Of a stretch of DNA of 64,000 bases, positions 11,730-27,556 are shown piece after piece. The stretch is from the human T2T-CHM13v2.0 reference genome, Homo sapiens. Position numbers and translations under genes: made by a program. The stretch is taken from NCBI RefSeq assembly GCF_009914755.1, contig NC_060928.1; one strand, given 5' to 3'. The notes under the pieces are model-generated. The model did not search any database. It worked only from the letters and a program-made list of their open reading frames with translations, and was not told the DNA's origin. Numbering within the stretch: position 1 is the first letter of the stretch; every line of letters begins with the position of its first letter.

Positions 11730-12799
11730 AAAAGCAGAGAAAACAGGAATGGTCCTGGGCCAGAAGATTTACTATCTTGAACACATTCAGTTTGCTAATT
11801 AAATACGCATCCATCACCCAAATCTATGAAGATTCTACTTGGCAAGGCCATTAAAATATGCAAATAATTATTCATCCAGACTTAAAATGTTTACCCCATC
11901 TTAGCTTCAGCAGTAGAACCCTCTAAAAAGACAGATCTAAGACACCCTTCCATCCTTTTTCTCTATTTTTATACTCCAACAAATGAAGAAAGTGTTCTGA
12001 AACATAACTCATTGTTTTTGTAAAGACGACTGAAATACAAACCTTGGTTTTTCTACAGGTTCTATGAAAAGCTTGACTATATCTTTTCTTTTATTTTTTT
12101 CTTTTCAGCTTGATGAACACCTGTTTTCGAAGTCCTGAATCTGTAGTCATAAGATTCAGCCCTGTTTCCTTCCAAATCTTGACTTCATATTCAAACTAGA
12201 GAATAAAAATTTAAAAACAGGCCCTTGTGCCTAGGATGTAGAAAAATTACTAATTGTTTTCCTATGTCCCACGTAAAATACCAAACAGTTTTTAACCATT
12301 ATGAAAATGTATCGTAAGACAGCTTCAAAATAAAGTATTTTCATGTAAGTTTAAATATTATGGCTATTTTTCTTCTTTAGAATAGTCTTATGTTACAAAG
12401 AAACCTTTTGGTGCTGTAAGAATGCAAGGGAAACATAAAACTAAGAGGAAAAATACAAGCAATTTTTTCCACTGCACTCAGTTTAAATAACAAATCAGCT
12501 GCAGAATAAGAGCAGCTTGTTATAACCCTCCTATTGTTATATGTGCTGCTGTAAAATCCTTCTTACATAATTCAAAACACATGACACATAATTGACAGAC
12601 AGATATAAAACATATTAATAACAACGGTATCACTAACAGTAACAGGAAATATGGAAATCCCTCTCTCAAGCTTGACAAGGCACTTCTCTGCTTAGTGTTT
12701 AGAGACTCCCTTGGAAATACCTGCAAAGATTTTGAGGAAAACAAGCTTCACATAATAAAGTAGTAGGTGGTAGGTAATCTAATAAAGTGTGAAGGTTCA

Positions 12800-13740
<941 letters not shown>

Positions 13741-14991
13741 ACATCTCAAGAGTAATAATGCTATTGTAATGTCTGCATAGGCTGAGAATATAAATTACTT
13801 TGCCAACTAAAGAAGATCATCACACAATTGATTTGATGGAGGCAACTGTCAAGAGGGCAGAATCATTAAATAGCCAAGTCTAGTTGGGTAACCATGTCTA
13901 GACACAGTCCCAGTCAGAGGTTTCTTTACTTCAAAATCATTACCATGACAGTTGTTTTAGGGTTTTGAACCTGACCTTCTGTTGACTAAATTTGCATGGT
14001 GAAGGGAATGTTGTACAGGATCCAGGAGACAGCAGTTTAATTCTGATCAACTTCAATATTTCAGCTTGACTTACAGCTTGAAGAGAAGAAAGATTAAAAA
14101 AAAAAAAAACCTATAACATAATCTGAGAAGCTTTCAAATCTCTAGTTTTAAGTAAATTAACAAGCTATTCATCCTAAACACTAAGTAAATATACATAGGA
14201 GACAAACAATTTTTAATTGGAAATGTAAAAGTCACCGATTAATCTGTCTTTAGCCACATAAATCAGATAATTGATTGTTATTTCTTCTTAATGCGTGAAC
14301 TCACAAGGTCTATAAAGTCAATGTAGTGTCTCCCTCACAGGGACCAGATGCATGTAATAAATGAGTAAGTTCTTGGAAAGGATATACCTCTGTCAATCCA
14401 GAAAATGGTACTTAAAATCTAAGTTTCTTAAGAGATAGGAAATAGTAGAAGAGAGGAACTTTAGAGGTCAAATAAAAATTGAAAAATAAAACAGAAATAG
14501 GTCTTACTCTATCTCTACTTTATATTTCTCTTAGTTTCACCAAATTAGCCAAAAATTATATCTAAAAGCCATTTTTATGCACTTAAGATCAAAATGTAAA
14601 CATCCTCCATATCCCTGGTTTTTCTTGACTACTCACTCCCATATACCAGGAAAATCAATCCTAAAGTCAATATTTTTTAATTTTCTAAATGAATCTGTCA
14701 TGCACTCTTATCTTTTTATTGCATTATCATCATGGTAGGTAAACGATCCTTAATTGTAAATTAAGTCAGGGCTAAAACATGTCATGATTCATGTAAATTA
14801 CATCACCTATTGCTATGTTTTATAATACATAAATTTATTTTGTCTGTAAACTGGTGGCATGTACTTACTTCACAAGAATTTTTTATAATGCTGAAGTTCT
14901 TAGAAATTATAATGATGAAGTTTTTGGAAAATGACATATATTATTCATTACACTTCAGTAACACCAAAAAAGTAGGTTTCTAGAGCAATAT

Positions 14992-15439
14992 TGTATTAGT
15001 TATCTGTTGCTATATTAAAAACTCCCCCCAAAAGCAGCTGTTGAGAACAACATACCTTTCATTATCCAGTTTTTATGAATCAAGAATTTGGGAGTAGTTT
15101 AGCTGGGTGGTTTTGGCTTAGGGTCTCTTAAAATTTTCAGTCAAGATATCAGCCCTGGGCCAAACACGGTAGCTCAAGCCTATAATCCTAGCACTTTGGG
15201 AGGCCAAGGCAGGCGGATCACTTGAGGCCAGTTCAAAACCAGCCTGGCCAACATTGTGAAACCCTGAATCTACCAAAAAATACAAAAACAAAATAGCCAG
15301 GCGTGGTGGCACATGTCTGTAATCCCAGCTACTTGGGAGGCTGAGGCAGGAGAATCGCATCAACACAGCAACACAGAGGTTGCAGTGAGCCAAGATCCCA
15401 CCACTGCACTCCAGCCTGGGCCACAGAGCACGTCTCAAA

Positions 15440-15479
<40 letters not shown>

Positions 15480-15865
15480 TGATGATGATGATGAAAGATA
15501 TCAGCCCTGGCTGTGGTCATCTCAAGTCTCTACTAGAAAGAGTTCTATTTCTGTGGCTGTTGGCAGGCCTTGGAAAATCTTTACAACTTCACTCTCTTGG
15601 TTAAGAGAAAAATGTCAAAAGATCTCCTGAGTTCACTCATGTAGGCCTCTCTACATAGCTCTGTCATCACAGGGAAGCTGGCTTCCCCCAGAGCACACTA
15701 TTGTAAAATCTAATCTCAAAGATGAGGAATCCATCACTTCTGCCATATTCTATTTATGAAAAGTGAGTTATTTAGTCCTGTGCACATTCAAGTGGAGGGG
15801 ATTACACAATGGTGTGGATATCAGGAGATGGGTTATTGGATACTCTCATGCAGGCTACCTACCAG
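14992..15865 (-). mobile_element. MLT1-family MaLR LTR interrupted by an Alu
   Basis: Terminus 'tgtattagttatctgttgct'; 'ccatcacttctgccatattcta'; other end 'ggctacctacca'. Confidence 0.75.
15158..15494 (+). mobile_element. Alu (S/J-like) with (TAA)n(TGA)n tail
   Basis: Full dimer; 15-bp TSD aagatatcagccctg at 15143-15157 and 15495-15509. Confidence 0.95.
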
Positions 15866-15929
15866 AAATAGCAAACATGTGCTCTCAATTCTCATAGCTC
15901 ATAGTTAGAGGAGTCCGGTCTTTCAGTAC

Positions 15930-16065
15930 AAATCTGGCCACTTAGTGTCTTCTGAAAACTCAGGTCATTTTGTTAAACTCTTAGAACCTCAGTTTTCTTC
16001 TCTTATAAAATAGAATGAACATAACAAACCTTATAGAGTTGTTGGGAAAATCAAATGATGATCGT
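15930..16065 (+). mobile_element. MIR
   Basis: 'cctcagttttcttctcttataaaatag...agagttgttgggaaaatcaaatga'. Confidence 0.65.
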
Positions 16066-16795
16066 CAAGGCAGATGCCATGAAGTGATAGCAGGGGGCAG
16101 TCACAGTCAATCAGCTCCAAACCGGAGAGAGGCGTTTTCTTATCGAAATCCCTAAATGCTTCTAGTATGCACAAACTGGCATCCTCAAGGGGAGAAGGGC
16201 AAAATGCTGCCCCAACCACTGACTACTGGCTGCTGAATTAGATAAGCCTTAAGAAGCGTCATTCTTCACCATTTCCCTTGATCTTTTCTCAGTGGATGCC
16301 CTTAATCTCCATTTCACTTGGCTGCTGAAGCATTTTAGATAGGCTATTGATTAGTGGAAAGACATGTCACACACACACGCATACTTATACCTTTTCAAAT
16401 TTTAAACAAAGAATATTGAAGACATAGGTGTTAGTGGATTCTCTGTGCAAAAATCATCTTTAAGTATATTTTTTTAAAAACTGACCTATAATTGTACTAT
16501 ACCAAGTATGGCCATTTTAAGCTCAGAGCTTACAGTACCCATCTAATTATTTCTTTTAAAGGAATTTTTACAAGTTCTATGTATGCGAAGGCATGTCTTT
16601 ATCTAGATGGAAAGATGCTAGGGGAATGTGTGAAGAAACCTAGTTTGTAGGTAGTACTCAGGTGGATTTAATATGTTATTTTCCTTAAAGAATATCTTTG
16701 CCTCTAAGTTTCCCCTATCATTGCAAACACTGTGATTTAAAATTCTCCTGTTTCTAAATGTCTATCACCATTTGGTTTGATGAGCTAATTCCTAG

Positions 16796-17173
<378 letters not shown>

Positions 17174-18430
17174 ACTTCAGGGATTTTTATGAGGTTCCTC
17201 AATCCATGTTTTGCCCACCCTTTGGCAAATATGCCTTGCCAAGAAGTACAGCACAGGTGATCCTGATTTATGTGGACTAAGAATCTCTGGGGCTAGATTT
17301 CTGCTGTGTCTGTAGATGAGGCTTGAGGTAAGGAGGTTTTTCGTTTTTCTGCTTTTATTATTGTATTGATCCAACTGTACCTGCAGACAAAGGTAGCATG
17401 AGGAATTCAGGGTTATGTTGTTCATGTACCTGTTTCTCCTAGAATCCAAATTTCCTGCTCCAAAGTTGATGCTAATTTATCTCTAGATCTTTCATGGTGG
17501 GCACTTAAGAAATGTTTGGAAAACATTTTGTTGGCTCTAAATATGTATTGACTAAAATATAGCAGATGAGTAAAAGAAGTTCATTGAGAATTGTGAAATA
17601 TGGAAGATCATGGAAGGAGAAATAGATAAGACACAGGAAGGCTTCCATGAGGACCAAACAGAATAGAATTATCACTCAACCCTGCCATGCAGGGTTGTTG
17701 TGAAGATCAACAAAATAATGTGGAATGAGTGATTCTAAAGCTTAAAAATCAGTGTTGTTGATTATTTTTCAACAACAAAAACTGCTAGATTTCTCCACTA
17801 AAATTTTCCAGTATATATTCATAAGCAAAACAATGGATATGAAGCCATATTACAAGTTCACATTATTATAATAGTTTACCATTAGTTAACCCAAAAATGT
17901 TTGTAAGCATGTAGTATTGCTTTTAAATTCTCCTAGTAGAGCAATAGATGAGAAATATACATAGGAAATAATCTCTGTCTTCAAGAAAGGAATTCTTCTG
18001 TATCACCTAAAAAACAACGAGTATGAAGATGACAAAGAAAAAGAAGATGCAAAACTTGTAGTAGCATGAAACTACTTGCATAAATTGACCAATGTGCTAA
18101 GGAATTTATATGACATGAATAAACTCACAGTTATTCTATGTTGAATATACTATTTTTGTCATAACTTATGTTCTATAAAATGTGTGAGAATAAAGATGAA
18201 GCTTGGATGAGAGAAAAGGGAGAGCCCTAATCCCATTTTATCTCCTAAAAGCCACTGAAGGGGGTGACCTTCTTTACTAGGTTTTTGAGTTTTGATATAT
18301 GAGGTTTTTGTTTGTTTATAGCTTATAATCATATCAAGTGGTTTCTGTAGAAAGGTCAATCATCAGGGACTTCCTCAGGAGGGAGGAGTATCTCCTTTGT
18401 AGCCAGCATACTTTTTTCACAAAAAGACTT

Positions 18431-18684
<254 letters not shown>

Positions 18685-20899
18685 AAGACTTATTTTTTTA
18701 GAGCAGTTTTAGTTGCACATCAAAATTGAAAGGAAGGTACAGAGACTTTCCATGTATCTGTGCACAGCCTTCCTCATTATTGACACTTCCCAACAGTCTT
18801 GCATTATTCACAATTGATGAACCTACATTAAGATATTATTTGTATCTCTAATTCAATTTGTATTCTCTTAATTTAAATTTAAATTGGGTTAACAAGTTCA
18901 AATTATTTGGTCACGGTCAGTGTTCGTATTATGATATCAGAATTTGATTTCAGGATGTCTGAGTCTCAGAGGCTGGATGGATAATATGATCATTTTACAA
19001 ATTACTCTAGTTTTTATTATGTGGCTGAAGAAACTGAAACCCAACACAAATACTCCAGTTCAAAACTTCTAGGAAGTAGAAGAGGCGGTGATGGACATGG
19101 CTCCCTGGGACTCCCAAGTTTCTGCTCCCTCCTGACATGCTGTCACCTCGCCTTATGCCAGGGCTGCTTCCATTTCATTTGCCAGTGGCCTGGTTATAAG
19201 TTCATTGCTGACTATCCTTTCCATTCATACCCTGGTGCTTTTACAGTTTTAAACGACCACAAGACAAGAAGGGGAATTGTATCTGTAGTGGTGGAAGAAA
19301 TGTTGGCTTTGGAATCAGAATTTGCTTCAAATTTTGACTAAGCCATTTAGTAGCTCTGTGAACTTGAACAAGTTATTTACATTGCCTGCACTTCTACTTG
19401 CTCAGTTCATTCATTCACCAGAGTTAACTGCTGCCAATTCTCTAACATCATGCCTCTAGACCTCAGGGAGCTGGCAGTAAACATAGCAAGGCTCTATCCT
19501 CGGGGAACAGATATTCTTATGAGGCACAGAAATGATGAAAACAAACACATTTAATGTACAGAAATGTGTAAAATAAAGAACTAGGGATAATTGAAGGGAC
19601 GTGACTTAAATACAAGTTGCCCATAAGATGTGGCCGTTGAAATACCATTATTTTATGTTGATAAACCATTTTCGATATTTTCCTCTGTTACACAGTTTTC
19701 TCTGTTTCCAAACTTGGCAGCCATCATGTAGATTGGTCAGCTAATGTTTTCCAGGAAAGATAACAGTTGGATTGAGAGATACTGGGAACCAAGGGATTAT
19801 ATGTGGGGAGAAGGATGAGCAGGTCATGCAGAAGAAACAGTAAATGCATAGACACTGGAGTTTTTGCAAAAAGATATGAGGTTCTAACCATGGGTAACAG
19901 AGGGTAAGAGGGCAGTGAGAGGATTGGTGTATGAAGTCAGACAGATGTACAAGTCCCAGTTGGCCATACTTAGGATTTTAGTCTACACAAAATAAGAAGT
20001 CACTGAAAGGTTTTGAGCACAATGGTGGCATCATCATATTTCTTTTTTTTTTAATGTCTCATTTTACAGGGAGTTGATTACTAGCTACCTAACGTATAGG
20101 ATGCATGCGTGCAACGATTATTTGACACTAACTATAAAAAATGCTCTAGGCACAATCCTTGGGAACAAAGTAGATTTCAACAAATATTACCTGTTACTTC
20201 GTTCCTTTTCTTATTTAATACAGAGATTCAGATTTCTGCAGACAAGAAGGGCATTGTTAGAAAGGGGACTACTCGGCAGCAGCCCTGTTTCCTTGGAAAG
20301 TAGCTCATTCTTCTTTGTTCTTTGGCCAACAATTGGGCCTGGGCCTGAAAAAAAGTTGTCTTTAAACACTGACTCTTGTGAAATGCCTGTGGAGGTCTGC
20401 AAAGGCAGGGCCAGAACAAGAACTAAATTTGAAGGGGGATTTGATCCAAGTGGGAGGCAGATAATGAGTGGATTAACTCAGGTCAAGGGAAGAAAAAAGT
20501 GAAGGAGAAAAATAGATGAAGTAGTTGCATATTGGAATAACAAGTAACTAGAGGTGACCTTTTTGATGTAGATGGCAGAGCCAGCTAACAGGGAGCTTTG
20601 CAGCAGGCAGGGAATACTCCTGAAACTGCAAATGTCCCAGGAGGGAGGTGAGAGAGGCTTCCAATGCTGAGCACAGAGAGGTCTGCTCAGTCCTCCTGCA
20701 AACAGCTGATGAGTGGCAAAACTTGCTTTCAGAATTGATAAAAGCACCCCTAAGGGAGCTGATGGCTTACAGAATTACTTCCAAGAGGAAACTCTTTCAC
20801 TCAGATGACTGCAAACTGGATCAAACTGAACTCCACAAGCACGCTGCATTTTGAAAAGTAATTGTGCTCAGGTAAGAGCATTGCTTACATCAGAGTTTG

Positions 20900-21740
20900 C
20901 AAATTCATTAATTTCTTCATTTATTCTTCGAGAACCTTCTGTGTACTGAGGACTTTTTAGGTGCTGGAGACCAAATATTGATCAAAATCTGTGCTTTCTT
21001 AGAATATAATTTATATAATTTGGGGGGTGAGGGTGGAAACAATAAACAAAATGTATGTTAAATGTAAGGTATGTCAGATAGTAATAAATGTCAGGAAAAA
21101 TATAAAAGGCATTAAGAGGATTAAGTGTGCAAGGTGGAGGTGGTTGGGTGTGGCTGCAGCATCAAGTGGGGAGGGCATAGTGAAAGGCTGTATGAAAAGG
21201 CAGCAGCAGAGCAGGGAGGAAAAGGAGTTAGATTCTTGCTATCTGAGGAAAACCTTTCTTGGAAGAGGGAAGAACAGAAAAGCCAGCACAGCTAAAATTA
21301 AATGAGAAAAAAAGGGAAGGTAGTTGATGTCAGAGAGGGGAGGACCACAGGTCATGAAGCCAGGTGATGAGATGGAAATTCCCTGGAGGGTTGTGAGCAA
21401 AACAGTGAGGTGACTTGATCTAAACCTGTTTAAAGGATCGTCCTGGCTGCTGTGTTGTAAACAGACTACCTGGGCTAAAGGGCAGAAGGAGATCAGTTAT
21501 GGCAATCCTGGCTACTGATGATGAAAACTTGGACCCAGGAGTTGCAATGGAAGCAATGAAAAGAGCAGAAGTTTCTGGATTCATTTTAAATTTAGAACTG
21601 ACCAGGTAGGTTGATCAATTATATTTGGCCTATAAGAAAAAAACAGGATTCTTTGGCGGGGATTGGGATTTTGAAAGCATATTGGTATATGCCGGAGTTA
21701 AGGGGAGATCAGGAGTTCATTTTTGAGACGTGTTAGTAGA
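20900..21740 (-). mobile_element. L2 fragment
   Basis: Purine-rich decayed L2: 'aaaggatcgtcctggctgctgtgt', 'ggagatcaggagttcattttt'. Confidence 0.7.
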
Positions 21741-21958
21741 ATGGAGGTGTGTTGAAGGCAGAGATGTGTTTGGGACATTTTCTTCTCTCATGCTGACTCC
21801 AATACATAGGAGGTGACTGATGAGAGTGTGGTGGGTATAGGACTCTGAAGACCCATCCTGGCTGAGAGAGAGCCTTGACTGATTTCCAGTTCTGATCAGA
21901 GCTTAAACAGTAGAGAATATGTGAAAATAGCATTCTTATTTTAAATAATATTGGTAGG

Positions 21959-22352
21959 TGATATTGTTTGAATGTGTTCCCTCTAAAATTTATGTTGAAA
22001 CTACTTCATGCAATAGTATTAACAGGTGCAGTCTTGTAAGGTGATTGAGTTATGATGGCTCCACCTTCACATGTGGGATTAGCACCCTTTTAAGAGGGCT
22101 CCAAGTGGAAGGGAGCACTCTCTTGCTCTTCTGCTCTTCTGCCATGTGAGACGGCAGTGCTCCTCCCCTCCAGAGGACGCAACAATAAGATGCCATCTTG
22201 GAAGCTGAAAGCAGCCCTCACCAGATGCCACTTCTGCTAGTGCCTTGATCTTGAACTTTCCAGCCTCCAGAATCATGAGAAATAAATTTCTATTGTTCAT
22301 AAATTATATAGTCTGTGCTATTTTGTTACAGCAGCACAAATGGGCTAAGACA
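21959..22352 (+). mobile_element. MST/MLT1A-type MaLR solo LTR
   Basis: 'tgatattgtttgaatgtg...gccttgatcttgaactttccagcctccaga...ctaagaca'. Confidence 0.88.
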
Positions 22353-22839
22353 ATGAGTCTTTTTTTTTTTTTTTTACAATCCTTTCTATAGGTCAGATGC
22401 CCCATATAAGAAAGATTTTATAAGTTTAATTTTGAGCTTTTCATACTCACAGAAGCTCCAGGTTAGACTATCTCTCCCAATTGGCTTCACTGTCTCCTGC
22501 AGACCTGGTTTTAAAGGAGATCCACAGAGTTCTTTTTGCTCCTCAAGGAGATTGAAAAATGAACTCAGAGAGCTCATCTGAACCTTATCAAGAGTTGCCT
22601 CCTCACAGCACTGAAGACTTCACTGTTATACAGCACATAAGAGACCTTGCTCATGAAGCAATCTATAAGAACTGATTATCTACTTTTTCTTAGAAGATTA
22701 AGATTAACCTCATCAAGTTTACATCTTAGTTTTCTTCCTAGGTCAAATGGGAACCTCTCGTTATTCTCACTCTTTTCCCAGGGTTATTTACTGAAATAGC
22801 TCTGGATTAGAATCAGTTCATCCTCAATTTTTCATAGTC

Positions 22840-24320
22840 TCATCAAAACTTCCAAGCTGTCTTCTGAAAGTCATTGTATCTCACTAGGAAAACCATATGG
22901 GAATTCTCTAACTTGCACATCTTCACGTTCACCGATCTATCCGTATCTAAGCCTTTTGTTCCCTCTTTTCTACCTATTCCTAACTCCTTTCCCATTGCAA
23001 TAGATTTACTGTCCCCCCTCCCATGGAGGACCAAATTCTGGTTCGTGCATTGGCTCCCATAAGCTCTTGGGTACTCATATTCCTCACTTCTGTGATTATA
23101 CTCCTTCCTCCCAGAGCATCCAGCTTTCTTTGCAGAAACATCTGTATTATGCAATGCAGGATGTTACCAAATATTCTGTAGTATCTCTCTTGATCTCTCA
23201 TCACTCTAGCTACTTCCTAATTTCTCTAGATCACTGAGAGAAAACTACAAGGAATACTACAAAATACTACAAAAACCCTACTTGCTGTCCTCATATCCTC
23301 ACTTACCGTTCTTTCTTGAACCCATTTCTATCCTATTTTTCTCTCCACCATACCACTGAAATTGCTTTAGTCAAGGTTGCCAGTGATTGCTGCATGGTTA
23401 ATCCAATGGTCAGTCTCAGTCGTCATTTTTATTTTACCTGTCTGCAGGGTTGGGCAGAAATGAAACTTCTGGTATCTAAAACATTTTATTTATTTAATAT
23501 CTCCCAATTTTTCACAATTTTACCAGCATACTTCCTTAGTCTTTTTTGTTTTTTTTGTCTTTTATAGACACCTTATATTTATGAAAATTAAATGAGATGA
23601 TGTCTGAAAACTACCTAATAAATGTATAAAACAGTGGTTCTGTTTCTCCATTCCTCCTTCATCCTTTTTGTGTATGTGTATATGTGTGTGTGTGCATATG
23701 TGTGTGTGTGTGTGTGTTGCTTTTCAGTATGACTCAGTTTATTTAAAGGTACTCCAGTGAGCACTTTTGCAGTAGCCTGGAGCTCATATTTTAAGATAGT
23801 TTTCTCTCTGTTATCATTCCCTAGATGATCTTATTGAGTTTCATGGATTTCCAAAACAACTGTATGCTTAACACTGACAAAACAAATTAAACCCATTCTT
23901 TTACCTGAGCTTCAGAGTCAATGTATCATTTGTATGCCCAAGAGTTATCTCACAATTAACATATTTAAAGGAGAACTCTCAATTCAACACCTCTGCACAT
24001 TTTTTATTCCAATAAATGGCATTATAATTCAGTCAACTGCTCAAGTCAAAAACCTAGACATCACCTTCAAACACCTTCTTTCCTTCAAAATCTTTAACCA
24101 ATACATAACTATGTTCTACTAGCTATATTTTCATAATGTAGACTATATTCAATTAATTTTTTTTTTACCATTTCCAAGGCTGTCACCATTATTTCACCCC
24201 TGGGCCATAATAATATTCTCTCTACTAATCTTTCCTCTTTCACTCTTGTCTTCCTGACAATTTATAATTCTTCATTTTCTTCTTTGTCATTAAAAAAATT
24301 CAACTAGACTGCAAGGCCCA
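22840..24320 (+). mobile_element. L2 fragments (interrupted by MIR and (TG)n)
   Basis: 'ccaccataccactgaaattgctttagtcaaggt', 'tgctcaagtcaaaaacctag'. Confidence 0.65.
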
Positions 24321-24384
24321 TTAATACAAGTAACATCTGGTAGTTTTTTGGGGGGGGGGGAACTTGTCTGTTTTTTGAAAAATA

Positions 24385-26415
24385 TTTTTAACTTTTGGAT
24401 ACATAATAGATGAAAATATTTATGGGATACATATAATAATTTGATACAAGCATACAATGTATAATGATCAAATCATGGTAGTTGAAATACTCATCACTTC
24501 AAACATTTAGCATCTCTGTGTTGGGAAAACTCCAAATTCACTTTTTTAGTTATTTTGAAATATACAGTAAATCACTGTTAACTATAGTCACCCTATTGTG
24601 CTATTAAACACTAGATCTTACTCCCATCTAACTGTATTTAGCTATCCACTAAACAACCCTTCTTGATCCCCGACTCTTCACTTCTTATCCCAGCCTCTGG
24701 TAACCATCATTCTACTGTCTACATCCACAAAGTAATTTTTTTTTGTTTTTTTAGCTCCCACATGTGAGTGAGAATATGTGATACTTGTTTTTCTGCACCT
24801 GGCTTATTTCACTTAACATAATGTCCTCCAGTTCCTTCCATATTGTCCCAAATGACAGGAATGCATTATTTTTATGGCTGAATAGTATTCCATTATGTAT
24901 ATGTACCACATTCTCTTTATCCATTCATCTGTTGATGGACACTTATATTGCTTTTCATTTCTGGCTACTGTGAATAGTGCTGCAATAAGGATGGGAATGC
25001 AGATATCTCTTTGATATACTGATTTGTTTTATTCTGGGAATGTACCCAGCAGTGGGAATGCTGGGTCACATGGTTGTTCTATTTTTATTTATTTGAAGAA
25101 CCTCCATGCTGTTTTCCACAGTGGCTATACTACTTTACATTCCCATCAACAATGTATGAGCATTCTCCTTTCTCCAAATCCTCACCAAAATTTATTTTGT
25201 TTTGTTTTGTCTTTTTGATAAAGATGACTTTAACTGGAGTGAGATGATATCTCATTGTGGTTTTGGTGCATTTCTCTGATGGTTAGTGATATTGAGCTTT
25301 TTATCATATACCTGTAGGACATTTGTATGTCTTCTTTTGAGACATGTCTATTTAGATTTTTTGCCCCCTTTTTTTTCTGTTACTCAAGCAGGAGTGGAAT
25401 GATGTGATTATAGCTCACCGCAGCCTCAAACTCCTGGACTCCAGTGATCTTCCCTCCTCAGCCTCCAGAGTAGCTGGGATTACAGGCACGAGCCACCAAG
25501 CCTGGTTTTTGACAAGTTTTAATCAGATTTTTTTTTGCTTTTGGGTTGCCATTTTTCCCAGAAACATAACCTTTTAATAGACGAAATAAATACTCCAGTA
25601 CATGCAAGGTAAAAACAATGTTGGGGAAAAATCATACTACAGTGTAAATTAAAAAATAAAACACATGCTGACAATAACTTTTCCTCCATTTGGAAATCAC
25701 ATGGCAAATTTATACTCTTTCCACACCAAGTATACTAATTCAACACGATTGCTTAAAATAAATAGCAACATCCAAAAAAAAAAAAGGTAGCTCCATTTAT
25801 GTCTAAGAAGTGAAAACTGAGGTAACCTTTCTTTTAATTAAAAAAAGCAAAAAATTTGTTTTATATAATCTGGTTACTAATCGCCAGTGAGTTGAAAAGT
25901 TTGCAAACATCTCCTCTGAATCTGTAGGCTATCTCTTCACTTTGTTGATTTTATCCTTTAAGCTTTTTAGCTTGATGTAATTCCATTTGTTCATTTTTGC
26001 TTTGGTTACCTGTGCTTTTGAGGTCTTAGTCAAGAAATCTTTGCCCAGACCAATGTCCTGAAGCATTTTCCCAATGTTTTCTTCTAGTAGCTTTATAGTT
26101 TCAGGTCTTGCACTAAAGTCTTCAATTCATTTTGATTTGTTTTTTGTAAATGGGGAGAGTCTAGTTTCATTCTTCTGCATATGAATGTTCAGTTTTCCAA
26201 GAGTCATTTATTAAAGAAACTGACCTTTCCCTAGAGGTTCTTGGTGTTTCTGTCAAAAATGAGTTGACTGTAAATGCTTGGATTTATTTCTGCATTCTCT
26301 ATTCTGTTCCATTGGTCTATGGGTTCTGCTTTTATGCCAGTATCATGCTATTTTAGTTACTATAGCTTTGCAGTATAATTTGAAGTCAAATAATTTGATG
26401 CCTCCAGCTTCAAAT
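24385..26415 (-). mobile_element. L1MA/L1PB-like 3' portion, interrupted by a FLAM and a 310-bp insert
   Basis: 'ggctgaatagtattccatt', 'gagatgatatctcattgtgg', 'ctttgcccagaccaatgtcc', 'atgcctccagctt'. Confidence 0.9.
25368..25506 (-). mobile_element. FLAM (Alu monomer)
   Basis: 'atagctcaccgcagcctcaaactcctgg...gagccaccaagcctgg'. Confidence 0.85.
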
Positions 26416-27031
26416 TTGTCCTGTTTTGTTTATCATCATATGCTGTATGCCATGAAATAGGGCCTGATGAGTAGTAGGCCTACATATGTCCTTCCCCTTC
26501 CTCCCTCCCTCCCTGCCTCCCTCTCTCCCTCCCTCCCTTCTTCCTTCCTTCCTTCCCAACAACATTGTTTAGATTGGAAAACCACTGGATTTTTATCAGC
26601 ATAATGTCTATTAATTTATAAAATTAAAAACATAAGATATAAATGTTTCAGAGCTGCAAGTAGAGGTGTTAAGAAAGGAAGCTATTTGGAAGAAGTGCTC
26701 TTTGAAATAAAGTATGTGAGACATCAAACTGAAGACCCATGATGCGAGAGGTAGAGCGGGAGGGGGGATAATCTCATTTCCAAGATGTAAACTAAAAAAA
26801 GGAGGGATGGAATAAAAAAAAAGAAAATTTGCTTCAGTATTCTTTGTTTATTCCTTCATTCAAAAATGAAATATTGCATATCTGTGACGAATCACACGGA
26901 TACCTTATGAAACATTTTGAGATGAATAAGACTTGGAATTTTTTCTAAAATGAACACATATATCTAGATAATATGTTTTGCATGATGCAGGCAATATAAG
27001 ATTGTGAAAATGCTTCATGGATTCAATATTT

Positions 27032-27064
27032 TGTATTAGGCTTCTCTGGAGAAACAGAACCAAT

Positions 27065-27114
<50 letters not shown>

Positions 27115-27556
27115 CAAACATAGATCAATCAATCTACATAAATAGAGTTATTATTAAGTATTGGCTCATGTGAGTGTAAAGGCTGAAAAGTCTGAAAAGT
27201 CCCACAATCTGTAGTCTGCAAACTGGAGATCTAGGATAGCCAGTAGTACAGATTATCATCTGGGTCTGAAGGCTTGAGAACCAGGAGCACCAAGCGCAAA
27301 AGATCAATGTTCCAACTCAACCACGCAGGCAGTGTAAATTCAACCTTCCTCTGCCCATTTGTTTTGTCCAGGTCCTCAACAAACTGGATGATGCCTACTC
27401 ACATTAGGGAGAACCATCCGCTTTACACAGTTCATCCATTTAAATGCTAATCTCTTCTAGAAACACTCGCACAGACACAGCCCAGAAATAAGGTTTTACC
27501 ATATATCTGGGCATTCTGTGGCCTAATCAAGTTGACACAAATAATTAACTATCACA
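27032..27556 (-). mobile_element. MLT2 (ERVL) LTR containing (GATA)n at ~27067-27113
   Basis: 'tgtattaggcttctctggagaaacagaaccaata...caagttgacacaaataattaactatcaca'. Confidence 0.88.

Noticed and set aside
15361-15376. CAACACAG repeated twice in the Alu right arm
   Set aside because: Local slippage mutation with no wider significance evident
16084-16102. CTCF-like motif ATAGCAGGGGGCAG
   Set aside because: Lacks the conserved 5' CC; cannot be supported without ChIP data
20869-20877. Strong donor CAG|GTAAGA after ORF 20648-20854
   Set aside because: No matching acceptor or protein similarity; an isolated motif is expected by chance
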